From Deltaproteobacteria bacterium (GTDB taxonomy: Bacteria; Myxococcota; Kuafuiibacteriia; Kuafuiibacteriales; Kuafuiibacteriaceae), in the NCBI GenBank assembly GCA_040218735.1, contig JAVJQW010000012.1, forward strand, positions 64,001 through 128,000: a DNA stretch of 64,000 bases, given 5' to 3'. Shown one piece after another: positions 46,957 through 56,443 of the stretch. A program made the position numbers and the translations under genes. The number at the start of each line of letters is the position of its first letter. Positions within the stretch are counted from its first letter, which is position 1. Below the pieces are notes generated by a model. That model saw only the letters and a list, made by a program, of their open reading frames with translations, did no database searches and was not told the DNA's origin.

Positions 46957-48981
46957 TCACCACCCTACGGAGGGGAGCGTCGGCGCGTCCGCGGCGTCGA
47001 GGCCCACCGCAACCGCAGCGGTGTCGGTCGGGTGCGACGATCGCCACCGCCCGCCCTCCTCGCCGGAGCCGTCGTAGGTGTCGTGGCCATCGCCGTCGAG
47101 CATCACGGCGACGGTCGGGTGCAGACCTTCGGCCGGGCAGCCCTCCGGGAGCGCCGAGACGCCGAGCGTGAGCGCGGAGGCGGACACGTACGTGTCGTCG
47201 CCGCGCTCGTCGTAGAAGAGCGCGACGCTCCCGCACGACGACGCTCCGCCGGACAGCGAAGGCATCGCGTACGTGTCGTCGCCGCCGACGTCGACCGCGA
47301 CGCCGAGGCCGAAGTCGTGCCCGATGCCGAGCGACGCGTGCCGTTCGATCGCGTAGTCGTCGCCCGCGTCGCCGCCGTCGACGTGCACGCCCGCGCCGTA
47401 GTGCACGCCGGCGCCGAGCGCGTACCAGACGGCGCGGTAGTGGTCGGTGCCGGCGCCGTCGAGGTGTACGCCGAGCCCCTGCCAGTAGCCTACGCCCTGC
47501 GCGTAGACGCCGGCTTCGTAGACGTCGTCGCCCGCGCGGTCGGCGAGGATACCGATGCCGCCGGCCATCGCGAACGCCGGATCGCCGTGCCGGAAGCCGA
47601 AGCCCGCGCCCTGGCAGAAGTTGGCGTTGTGTTCGCCGTCGGTCTGCGGCGCGGGGTGCGTGACGTTCGCCGACGGGTCGCAGTGGTAGGTGTCGTTGCC
47701 TTGTGCGTCGTGGAGCGCGCCCACGCCGCCGACGTACGCGAAGCCTTGCGAGTAGACGCGCGAGCGGTAGACGTCGTCGCCGGCGCCGTCGTCGAACAGC
47801 AGCGCGAGGCCGTACTGCGCGGCGCCTTGCGCGCCGGCTTCGGCGACGTACGTGTCGTTGCCGCCGCCGTCGTAGAGCACACCGACGCCGTGGTGCGCGT
47901 AGCCCTGCGCGCCGCGCGTCGCTTCGTAGCGATCGTCGCCGCCGAGGTCGAACAGCATCGCGACACCGTTGTGCGCGGCGCCCTGCCCTTCACCTTCGTA
48001 GACGTCGGCGCCCGCGAGATCGATGACGACGGAGGCCGGGTGTACGCCGTCGACGTTCGTCGCGACCGGTCCGACGTAGCGATCGTCACCGCCGAGCTCG
48101 ACGAGCAGGAGCATCGGCGTGCCGTCGTAGCGGTCGTCCTCGGCGCCGCGAACGGCGATACGACCGAGCGGGGTGTCGACGGTGAAGTCGGCGTCGCGCC
48201 CGGCGAAGCTCGACCACGGGACCTCCTCGATCACCTTCGCGAGCGCGATGGCGGTCGCGTAGAGGGGCCCGCGGCCTTCACCGAGGTAACGACGATCGTC
48301 GGGGTACGCGGGGTTCGGTCGCTCGCCGTCGTCGAACAAGCCGCTGCCGCCGTTCGCCGCCCACCAGTCCGGGCCGCGCGGCGCGCTGTCGACGTCGCGG
48401 AGCCGGCGCGCCTCGACCACGTCGCGCAGCGCCCAGAGCACCGGCGTGAGCGCGGCGGCGAGGTCGTCGTCGAGCGGAGGCACGTCGCAGGCTTCACACA
48501 GCGCGTGGATCGCTTCCTCGAAGCCGGGCCGCAGCGCCTGCCCGCGCGGCACGCCCGGCGCGGAGTCCGCCGCCGCGAGGCCGGCCTGCGCGGTGAGCCA
48601 CGCGGACACGGAGTCGACCGCCGGCACCGCAGCACCGGCCACACACGGTGCCGCGTGGGGGTGCGTCCGGAGGGCCTCCACCGCGGGGAGCAAGAAGCCA
48701 CGGTCGAGGCGCGCGGCTTCCGGCGCGACGACGAGCGCCTCCGGCGCGAACTGCAGCGCGCGCCCGAGGTCGGCTTCGAGGCCGCCGAGCACCGCCGGGG
48801 CTTCGATCCGACAACGCTCGAGCGCCGCCTGCATCGGCGCCGCCGGCGCGACCCAGGGCTCGGGCTCGACGGGGAGCACCTCGGCCGGCGGCTCGGGCGC
48901 CTCCTCGACCGGCGCCGTCACGCCGATGGGCGTACACGCGACGGCGAAGAGCGCGACCGGGAGGCGACGGAGGATCGACAC
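46957..48981 (-). CDS. Lipoprotein with about 12 hhDxxG(D/N)DxY repeats (putative Ca-binding beta-solenoid)
   Basis: Lipobox AVAC. Repeats include VELGGDDRY, IDLAGADVY, FDLGGDDRY, YDGGGNDTY, HDAQGNDTY, ADRAGDDVY, VDVGGDDTY and YDERGDDTY. Confidence 0.75.
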   Translation of the reverse strand: MSILRRLPVALFAVACTPIGVTAPVEEAPEPPAEVLPVEPEPWVAPAAPMQAALERCRIEAPAVLGGLEADLGRALQFAPEALVVAPEAARLDRGFLLPAVEALRTHPHAAPCVAGAAVPAVDSVSAWLTAQAGLAAADSAPGVPRGQALRPGFEEAIHALCEACDVPPLDDDLAAALTPVLWALRDVVEARRLRDVDSAPRGPDWWAANGGSGLFDDGERPNPAYPDDRRYLGEGRGPLYATAIALAKVIEEVPWSSFAGRDADFTVDTPLGRIAVRGAEDDRYDGTPMLLLVELGGDDRYVGPVATNVDGVHPASVVIDLAGADVYEGEGQGAAHNGVAMLFDLGGDDRYEATRGAQGYAHHGVGVLYDGGGNDTYVAEAGAQGAAQYGLALLFDDGAGDDVYRSRVYSQGFAYVGGVGALHDAQGNDTYHCDPSANVTHPAPQTDGEHNANFCQGAGFGFRHGDPAFAMAGGIGILADRAGDDVYEAGVYAQGVGYWQGLGVHLDGAGTDHYRAVWYALGAGVHYGAGVHVDGGDAGDDYAIERHASLGIGHDFGLGVAVDVGGDDTYAMPSLSGGASSCGSVALFYDERGDDTYVSASALTLGVSALPEGCPAEGLHPTVAVMLDGDGHDTYDGSGEEGGRWRSSHPTDTAAVAVGLDAADAPTLPSVGW

Positions 48982-49051
48982 ACCCTCGTCGTTCGGCGGA
49001 GGTGTCGCGGGGTTGAAGCGCGCGCGTCGGATCGATGCGTATCGATCCGAG

Positions 49052-50332
49052 TCAGCCGCCGAACCGCCAGCCGAGGAGCACGCCGGTGCGCAGGTGCGAG
49101 AGGCTGAAGCCTTCGGTGTAGAGGAGGTCGCGGAAGTCCGCGGCGACGATGAGTCCGACCGGGAACGCGAGCTCGAAGCCCGCGCCCACGGCGCCGACGA
49201 CGTGCAGCGGGTCGTCGTTGACGACCGTGCCGACGCCGAGCCCGGCGATCCCGTAGACCCGGAACGCGGAGGGGTCATCGCCGACGATCGACGGGACGTC
49301 GGCGCGGACGACGTCGACCTGGACACCCAAGGTCGTCGCGTACTCGAGCGCGGTCGCCGTGAGGTTCACGGGGAAGACAACCGTCGTCTCCCCTTCGAAT
49401 GGGACGCGCGTGGACTGCCGGCCGGTGAAGATGCCTGCAAACACCTCCGCGTGCACGCGGGACGCGATGGGGATCGCAAACGTCGCAGCCACGCCGGGGG
49501 AGCCGTTGTCGTAGCTCTGATCGACGGTGTTCGACGCCAACAAGCCGATACGCCACCCGTTCGGCCGCCGGTCTGGAGGTGTCGAATCAGCGGCGTCGTA
49601 GACGTCCGGGTTCAGGCTGAACGCGAGCCCGCCGATCAAGCGGAGCTCGTGCGAGCCCGCGTCCGGGTTGCCCGGCTCGGGGACCGCGTCCAACGGATAG
49701 AACGCATCCGTGACCTCCAACGAGAGCGCGACGCCGGGGCCGAACAAGTCCATCGCGAACCCGAGCCCACCGTTGATCGTCAGCGCGACGCGATTGCTCG
49801 ACGTCCCGTCTTGCAGGAACCCGCCCAAGCCCAGGCAGGCGTAGGCGTCGATCGTCGTCGACCAGCGCCCGAAGACACGCCCCGCGCCACGCGCGAAGCT
49901 CCCCCGCATGCCGGCCGACGCGTAGCCGATCGTCGAGAAGGTCCCTAACCCCGTGAACGCTTGGTCGGCGAAGTCGTATAACAAGGGGGCGTACGCGACG
50001 CGGCCCTCGACGCCGAAGCGCTCCGTCACCCAGAACGCGGCGGCCAGCTCGGCCGCGAGCGCCCGGTCCGCGTTGATGCCGTTGGGCTGGGAGACGAGGC
50101 GAACCAGGACCTCACTCGTCCGCAACCGCGACGCCACAGGCTCGGGCATCGACGTGACGGCGGGCGACTCGGGAACCTTCGGTGCGGGGGGCGTCGGCGG
50201 TGCCTCGGGTGGACTGAGCGGCGGCGCGCGCTCGACCCGCGCCGCGCCGGGCGCGTCCTCCACCGGATCCGCGACCGACGACGTCGCCGTCGTCGTGCTC
50301 GTCACCACCGCCGCCAACACCCACGTCCACAT
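49052..50332 (-). CDS. Outer-membrane beta-barrel protein, probably two tandem small barrels
   Basis: Signal-like N-terminus, a Pro-rich linker, amphipathic strands with repeated YxxxGLG units, and C-terminal LGWRF. Confidence 0.6.
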   Translation of the reverse strand: MWTWVLAAVVTSTTTATSSVADPVEDAPGAARVERAPPLSPPEAPPTPPAPKVPESPAVTSMPEPVASRLRTSEVLVRLVSQPNGINADRALAAELAAAFWVTERFGVEGRVAYAPLLYDFADQAFTGLGTFSTIGYASAGMRGSFARGAGRVFGRWSTTIDAYACLGLGGFLQDGTSSNRVALTINGGLGFAMDLFGPGVALSLEVTDAFYPLDAVPEPGNPDAGSHELRLIGGLAFSLNPDVYDAADSTPPDRRPNGWRIGLLASNTVDQSYDNGSPGVAATFAIPIASRVHAEVFAGIFTGRQSTRVPFEGETTVVFPVNLTATALEYATTLGVQVDVVRADVPSIVGDDPSAFRVYGIAGLGVGTVVNDDPLHVVGAVGAGFELAFPVGLIVAADFRDLLYTEGFSLSHLRTGVLLGWRFGG

Positions 50333-50388
50333 CGGCGCGCACGGTTCCACGGACCTTCCGGCCCGTCACCCTGTCCCGAGGATCGAGA

Positions 50389-51963
50389 TCAGAACGACGC
50401 CGCGGCGCTCACGATGGTGCCGCCCGGCGCCGGATCCACGCGGACGCCGTGGATGCGCAGCGGCAGGTTCCCGCGATCCGAGCCCGGCCAGCCGCGCCAG
50501 AAGATCTCGTGCCACAGCACCGTTCCGCCGCCGTTGAGGAAGCCGTAGATGCCGGAGAGCAAGACGTCGCTCGGGAACGCGAGGCCCGCGTCGACCTCGG
50601 CCCAGGACACCGCAGCCGTCATCGCGCCCATCAAGAGCGTCGATGCGAGCACCCAGCCCCAGCCCGCTTCCTCCACAACGAGCAGCGTCGTCGTCGCGCC
50701 CCACGCCGCGCCCGCCGCGTTGGCGTGAAAACTCATCAGCGGCGGCACCAGCGACGCCTTCTCGTCGTACGCCGCAGCGAGCGTCGGGTGGAACGCGACC
50801 GGCCGGTTCCGTCCCAGCCGCGCCTGCAGGAAGTACGGCGTCGTCAGCGCGACGAGCACCCCCTCCACGACGATCAGCGCGTCCTCCGCGATTTCGAATC
50901 TACTCAGTAGACCACGCCGCGCCGTCGGCACCAGCGTCGTCAGCGCGGCGAGTCCGTACGTCGCGATCTCCAAGCCGAGCAACAGACGCTGTGAACCTCG
51001 GACGTCCTCCTCACTCCGCATGACGAACCGCTCGAGCCAGGACTTGTCGAACCCGAAGAACGGCGCGTCACACATCGTCACGCAGCCCGGCGACCCCACC
51101 AGCGAGAACGACAGCGACAACGACGGCAACCCCATCGCGAGCCCGTGCGCGACGAGGAAGCGGTGACTCCACTCCCCCGGGTCGTGCAGCGGCTCCACCG
51201 CGGGCGCGAGCCGAAGGTCGACCGCGCCCAGACCCGGAGCGGCGCCGCGCAGCGGAGCACCGACCGCCGCGACACCTTCGTCGTCGTCGAGCTCACGCCG
51301 AATGATCGTCTCGTACGACAGCCACGCCGAAGCCTTCGACGGGTACGGCGCCGCCGAAGACGACGTCGCGGTCGTCGCCCCCAACCGCAGCACCGGCCCG
51401 AAGACCGTCCGCGTCCGGCCGAGCGCGGGCGTCGACAGATCCGCCGCGAGGGTGACGCCGCCATCGACGTTCACCGCGCGGAACGACTCCGCGAACGTCG
51501 GCAGCACGTACGAGGACGCATCCTTCACCGTCGCGAGATCCAGCACCTTCGCGACCCGCGCGGTGACGACGTCCCCCGCGTCGATCACCCCGCGCATCGG
51601 AGCGACCGTGGGCATCGGCACCGCCTCGAAGAGCGGCGCGCCGGACGCGGGTCGCACCAGCCGCGACGCGTGCACCGTGACCGGCTCGGCACACCGCAGC
51701 GGCGCCTCGCGCGCCGCGGCCGCGAGGTCCTGCGTGGCCAGCACGAAGAGCGTGACCTCCTCTTCGGGCTTCAGGGGGCGTTCGAGGATCGGATCGTCCG
51801 GCCGCACCACGCCGTAGCGAGGCCCGGCGTCGGTCGCGTACGCGACGATCGGGAACGGCGCCTCCCCGGGGCAGGCCTCGAAAGACGGATCGGCAGTGGT
51901 CGTGGAGGTGGAGGCCGTCGCGACGAGCGCGACGAGGCCGACGAGCTCAGAAGGTGACGCCAA
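50389..51963 (-). CDS. Membrane protein with a degenerate FAH-like N-terminal region and a PAP2-like C-terminal domain
   Basis: C-terminal GRNRP, MSFHA and AGLAFPSDVL resemble PAP2 motifs 1-3 but are degenerate. N-terminal GPRYGVV, TLAADLS and VFGPVL. Start uncertain. Confidence 0.5.
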   Translation of the reverse strand: MASPSELVGLVALVATASTSTTTADPSFEACPGEAPFPIVAYATDAGPRYGVVRPDDPILERPLKPEEEVTLFVLATQDLAAAAREAPLRCAEPVTVHASRLVRPASGAPLFEAVPMPTVAPMRGVIDAGDVVTARVAKVLDLATVKDASSYVLPTFAESFRAVNVDGGVTLAADLSTPALGRTRTVFGPVLRLGATTATSSSAAPYPSKASAWLSYETIIRRELDDDEGVAAVGAPLRGAAPGLGAVDLRLAPAVEPLHDPGEWSHRFLVAHGLAMGLPSLSLSFSLVGSPGCVTMCDAPFFGFDKSWLERFVMRSEEDVRGSQRLLLGLEIATYGLAALTTLVPTARRGLLSRFEIAEDALIVVEGVLVALTTPYFLQARLGRNRPVAFHPTLAAAYDEKASLVPPLMSFHANAAGAAWGATTTLLVVEEAGWGWVLASTLLMGAMTAAVSWAEVDAGLAFPSDVLLSGIYGFLNGGGTVLWHEIFWRGWPGSDRGNLPLRIHGVRVDPAPGGTIVSAAASF

Positions 51964-54007
51964 GCAGGACCTGGATCGTGTGCGCGACCTTCGCGTCCAG
52001 CGCGAGCCAGTTGCGCGAGTTGACGTCCTGCCGCGCGTCCGAGTTGTCCTGCGCGACGTCGGATTCGATGATCACCGGCCGGTTGAGCCCCGCGAACGGG
52101 ATGAAGATCCCGTACTGCAGCCACGCGTGGAAACCTTCCTTCGAGTTGTAGAAGATCTTCACGTCGGCCTCGAGCCCGAGGTTCGCGCTGGGGTTGCCGA
52201 TGCCGAGCGGGTTGGCGTCCGAGTCACACAGGCCCGTGCAGGTCGGGTCGCCCGCGTCGTCCATCCCCGTCTGCGCGAAGAACCCACCCGACGGCGTCGA
52301 GCTCGCGAACCACGCGCGCGAGTAGACGAGGTCGAGGCGCGCGCCGAGCGCCTCGGTGACGTTGTACTGCACGCCGGGGCGAACGATGAGCGCGTCCGTC
52401 ACGCTCCCGACGAGCTGCCGCCAGAAGATCATGTCGACGACGAAGTTCGGGTCGAAGCGGAAGTTGTTGATCGACGAGTCGCCGGCCGGCGCCTGCGTCC
52501 CGTCCCAGATCCCGCGGCTCCCCGAGACGTCCCCGAGCGGCCGGATGCCCCAGCCCGGCGCGGAGTCACCCGACGCCGCGACGACGAGCAGCTCGAGCGT
52601 CAGCGCGTCGCGGAGGAGCTTGTACTTCACGTTGAGCGTCGCGCCGTGCTGGTTGATCGTGAGCGACGGATCCTGCGCACCGTACGAGCCCGAGATCACC
52701 GGGTTGCCGATCCGACCGATGATGCCGGCGTACTCGGCCTCGACGGTCAGCTTCCGCCACATGAACTTCACCCAGTACGAGTACGCGTAAGCCTGCGCGT
52801 CGCGCTCGACGAGCTGGTCCGTCGACTTCGACAGGTTCGGATCGCCCTGCTGATAGAAGGTCGCGGAGTCGAGCGCCTGGAAGCGGCCGACCTGGTAGGT
52901 GCCGTAGTTCAACACCCACTCGTCGTTCTCGAGCTTCTGCTTGATCTCGTCGTCCTTGTCGCGCTTCGCGATCGCGAGGATGTACTGATCGACGTCGTCG
53001 CGCTGGTCGCGGTCGAACGGCTGGCCGTAGGGGTCGAAGAGGTTCTGGCTCGTCGGTCCGCTCGCCGCCCAGTCGTACGCAGGCACGACGTAGAAGTCGC
53101 CGATCTTCGTCGCGAACATGATGCGGTCGTTCGAGTCGCCGAAGTCGCCGTCGATCCCGCCACCGTCGTTCGCGAGGATGCCCATACCGAAGTGGCTCGG
53201 CATGCGACCGACCCGCAGCTGACCGAGGGGGGTCATCACCTCGGCCCAGACGCGCTTCACCCGCACCGAGTCCGTCCAAATCGTGTTCACGCCGGCGGTC
53301 GGCACGACCTGCGTCTGCGAGAACGCGATGAGCGGGGAGATCGGGTTGAGCGGGAACCCGTCGGGCGTCGAGCCGAGCACCAGGTTGTCGAGGACGTCGA
53401 TCTGCGTCTTGATCTTGATGTCCTCGTAGACGTTCAGGACGGGCTCGAGGCGCAGCCGCATGTTGGCGCCGCCGATCGTGTCGGACAGCCCCGCGTTGTT
53501 CGTGCAGCTGGTCGCCACCGCCGTGTCGGTGGACGAGGGGCGGTCGCGGACGTCCGTCGCGCAGATCGGGACGGGCGGCGCGTAGCCGGTCGCGAAGGGC
53601 CCCGTCGCCGCCGGGATCTCGGTGTTGTAGTAGTACAGCCCGAGGTCGAGCTTGCTGAACATGTCGTAGCGGAAGCGGAAGTACCCGTCGATCTCGAGGA
53701 AGTTGAGCTCCGGCTTCACCGGCTCCTCCCACTTCCACTCATCCTGGGGCCAATCGTCGCCCTCGGCCGGCGCACCCGCCCCGCCCGACGACTGCAGCTC
53801 GCTGGACAGCTCGGCCTTGATGTCGTCCTTCAGCTCGTCGCGCAGCTCCTCGCGGATCTCCGTCTTCAGCTGCTCGCGGATCTCCGACTTCAGGCGCTCG
53901 ATGTCGATCGCTGCCGTGCTCCCCTGGGTCTGACCCCATGCGAGGGACGCCGGGGCGACCAGGGCGAAGAACGCGCCACCGAGGGTGGCGAAAGAACGGA
54001 CGCGCAT
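51947..54007 (-). CDS. Myxobacterial outer-membrane beta-barrel protein (TIGR04551-like)
   Basis: Signal peptide, coiled coil, IDGYFRFRYD, ANMRLRLEP, QIDVLDNLVLGSTPDG, RVKRVWAEV.TPLGQLRVGRMPSHFGMG, NFRFDPNFVVDMIFWRQ and a terminal Phe. Confidence 0.8.
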   Translation of the reverse strand: MRVRSFATLGGAFFALVAPASLAWGQTQGSTAAIDIERLKSEIREQLKTEIREELRDELKDDIKAELSSELQSSGGAGAPAEGDDWPQDEWKWEEPVKPELNFLEIDGYFRFRYDMFSKLDLGLYYYNTEIPAATGPFATGYAPPVPICATDVRDRPSSTDTAVATSCTNNAGLSDTIGGANMRLRLEPVLNVYEDIKIKTQIDVLDNLVLGSTPDGFPLNPISPLIAFSQTQVVPTAGVNTIWTDSVRVKRVWAEVMTPLGQLRVGRMPSHFGMGILANDGGGIDGDFGDSNDRIMFATKIGDFYVVPAYDWAASGPTSQNLFDPYGQPFDRDQRDDVDQYILAIAKRDKDDEIKQKLENDEWVLNYGTYQVGRFQALDSATFYQQGDPNLSKSTDQLVERDAQAYAYSYWVKFMWRKLTVEAEYAGIIGRIGNPVISGSYGAQDPSLTINQHGATLNVKYKLLRDALTLELLVVAASGDSAPGWGIRPLGDVSGSRGIWDGTQAPAGDSSINNFRFDPNFVVDMIFWRQLVGSVTDALIVRPGVQYNVTEALGARLDLVYSRAWFASSTPSGGFFAQTGMDDAGDPTCTGLCDSDANPLGIGNPSANLGLEADVKIFYNSKEGFHAWLQYGIFIPFAGLNRPVIIESDVAQDNSDARQDVNSRNWLALDAKVAHTIQVLLGVTF

Positions 54008-54049
54008 GTGAGCCGCGCGCTTAGCACGCCCGTCCGCAGCGCTCAAACG

Positions 54050-54484
54050 CTACTTCTCGCCGTGCGCGTCGGCACTGCCGGGTCGTTTCTCGACCAGCTC
54101 GACGAGCACGCCGTTGAGGCTCTTGGGGTGGAGGAACGCGACGCGCGAACCGCCGGCGCCCGGCACCGGCGCTTCGTTGACGAGACGGATCCCCGCCATC
54201 CGCGCCAGCGCCAACGCCGCGTCGATGTCCTCGACCTCCAGGCAGATGTGGTGGAGCCCCTCGCCGCGTTTGTCGATCGAGCGCGCCACGGAGGAGGCGT
54301 CCTCCGTCGGCGCCACCAGCTCCAGGTGCGCCCCGCCCACGTCGAAGAAGGCCACCTTCGCCTTCTGGGTCGGGACCTCCTCTACGCGCTCGCAGGACAA
54401 CCCCAGCTTCTTTTCGAAGTTACCGACGGCATCGTCGATGTCGCGCACCGCGACGGCCACGTGGTCGAGCTTGAACGTCGTCAT
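54050..54484 (-). CDS. mce: Methylmalonyl-CoA epimerase (VOC family)
   Basis: DHVAVAV, LELVAP, GEGLHHICLEV and AFLHPKSLNGVLVELVE. Confidence 0.9.
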   Translation of the reverse strand: MTTFKLDHVAVAVRDIDDAVGNFEKKLGLSCERVEEVPTQKAKVAFFDVGGAHLELVAPTEDASSVARSIDKRGEGLHHICLEVEDIDAALALARMAGIRLVNEAPVPGAGGSRVAFLHPKSLNGVLVELVEKRPGSADAHGEK

Positions 54485-54570
54485 CGCCGCGGTTCATAAC
54501 GCCTGGACCGCCCCCGTGCCAGCGTTCTTGCCCGACGGGCCAGCCCCGCAGACAATCGGCCCGCCTCGCC

Positions 54571-56406
54571 ATGTCGCTCCCCTCCTCCTCGCCGACCGGC
54601 ACCGGGATGCCCGACCGGATCGGGCCGTTCGTCGTGCACGGCGTCCTCGGCAAAGGGGGGATGGGCGTGGTGTTCGACGCGCGCGCGCCGGACGGCCGCG
54701 ACGTCGCGCTCAAGGTCGTGCGCCCGGTCGGCGACAGCGAACGCGCGCGGCTCCTGCTCGCGCGTTTCCTCCGCGAAGCGAAGATCCTCGGGCAGCTCGA
54801 CCACCCCGGGATCGTCCGCCTCGTCGACGCCGGTGACGACCAGGGCCTGTTCTACCTCGCGATGGAGCGCATCGAGGGGGTCAGCCTGCTCGCGATCCGC
54901 CGCAAGGGCGCGCTCGACTTCTCGCCGCTCGTCGAGCTCGGCGCCCAGATCGCCGACGCCCTCGCCCACATGCACGCGGCTGGCGTCATCCACCGCGACA
55001 TCAAACCGGCGAACATCCTCATCGAGGACAGCGGCCAACCCGTCATCACCGACTTCGGGATCAGCGGCCTGTCGGAGGCCACCGGCATCACGCGCCACGG
55101 CGACCTCCTCGGCAGCCCCGGCTTCATGGCGCCCGAGGTCATGGACGGCTCGCTGCCGACGCCGGCCTCCGATCTGTACGCGCTCGGCCGGCTGATCTTC
55201 GAGCTCGGCGCGCGCGGCCCCGCGCAGAAGATCCCGAAGAACGCCCCCATCCTCCGGATCCTCGCCGCGGCGATGACCATCGACTGGACGCGCTTCCCCA
55301 AACACGACCGCTGGCCGGAGCTCGCGAGCCACGTCGACTGCCTCCTCGCGCGCGATCCGCAGCTCCGCTTCGGCGGCAACGCGCGAGAGGTGACGCGCGT
55401 GCTGCAGGGCCTGATGAAGTCCGACGTCCTCGACTTCGAGACCCTCAGCGAACAGGTCGAGCGCATGGCGATCGACAAGGCGCGGTCCTGGGAGATCCTC
55501 GCCGACGACCTCGACCTCCCCAGCGACGAGCTGATCGACAACCTCGAATCCCCCGCGGGCCTGCGCGCGCTCTCGGAGCCGACCGGCCCCGCCGATCCCT
55601 TCGAGGACGAGACGCGGGTCCCGCCGCCCACGGTCAAACAGACGGCCGAGCTCCCTTCGTTCGACGACGCCGGGGACGCGACGCAGATCGCCCCCGACCG
55701 CGAACCGACGAAGCGCCCCGGCGAGCTGACGCCCGAGCGCCGCCTGTCGCTCCCGGTGCCCGGGCAGAAGTTCGAGGACAGCCCCGGCGTCTCGCTCGAC
55801 GACCTGATCCGCCAGACCCCGCCCCCGGATTACAGCGCCGCGTCGGGCGACTACGGGACCGCGACCACCGTCGCGCCCCCGCCGGGGCCCGATCCGCGCG
55901 TGAGCCGCCTGGAGCGGCAGCTGACCCGCACGCGGGACGACGTCGTCCAACAGAAGAAGGCGATCGATGCGCTGAAGTCGTCGCGGATGCGCTGGCGGAT
56001 CCTCGCCGCCTCCGCGCTCGGGATCGGCATGGTCGTCGGGGTGCTCGCCTCGACGAAGACCGTCTCGCCCTCGCTCGTGCTCGTCCCGAAGGACGTCACA
56101 CGTTTCGCGGATCCCAAACACCGGATGGATCCGAACAAACCCGTGACCGAGGCGGAGCGGCGCGACGGGCGCGAGATGCTCGAGGCGGCGAAGGAGCGGC
56201 TCGCAGCGCGGGATCTCGACGGCGCGGAGCGCCTGCTGGGGCTGTGCATCGAGGTGTCGGATCTGCCGGCCTGCCACAAGCGGCTCGCGACGATGCTGAC
56301 CCTGACGGGTGATCACGAACGTGCGCGGACGCACTTCCAGCACTACCTGGACACCGCGCCGAACGACCCGGACGCGGCGACGATCGACAAGCTCCTTCGC
56401 GAATAG
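54571..56406 (+). CDS. Ser/Thr protein kinase with a TM segment and a C-terminal TPR-like domain
   Basis: GKGGMGVV, VALK, HRDIKPAN, DFG and APE. TM ILAASALGIGMVVGVLA. C-terminal CHKRLA...ARTHFQHYLDTAP. Confidence 0.9.
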   Translation: MSLPSSSPTGTGMPDRIGPFVVHGVLGKGGMGVVFDARAPDGRDVALKVVRPVGDSERARLLLARFLREAKILGQLDHPGIVRLVDAGDDQGLFYLAMERIEGVSLLAIRRKGALDFSPLVELGAQIADALAHMHAAGVIHRDIKPANILIEDSGQPVITDFGISGLSEATGITRHGDLLGSPGFMAPEVMDGSLPTPASDLYALGRLIFELGARGPAQKIPKNAPILRILAAAMTIDWTRFPKHDRWPELASHVDCLLARDPQLRFGGNAREVTRVLQGLMKSDVLDFETLSEQVERMAIDKARSWEILADDLDLPSDELIDNLESPAGLRALSEPTGPADPFEDETRVPPPTVKQTAELPSFDDAGDATQIAPDREPTKRPGELTPERRLSLPVPGQKFEDSPGVSLDDLIRQTPPPDYSAASGDYGTATTVAPPPGPDPRVSRLERQLTRTRDDVVQQKKAIDALKSSRMRWRILAASALGIGMVVGVLASTKTVSPSLVLVPKDVTRFADPKHRMDPNKPVTEAERRDGREMLEAAKERLAARDLDGAERLLGLCIEVSDLPACHKRLATMLTLTGDHERARTHFQHYLDTAPNDPDAATIDKLLRE

Positions 56407-56443
56407 ACAATCGGCCTGAAAACCTGACAGCCTCCCCGCCCGC

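Noticed and set aside
54505-54522. TGGCACG on the minus strand upstream of mce as a sigma54 promoter
   Set aside because: No TTGC-like -12 element at the required spacing (it reads CGGT).
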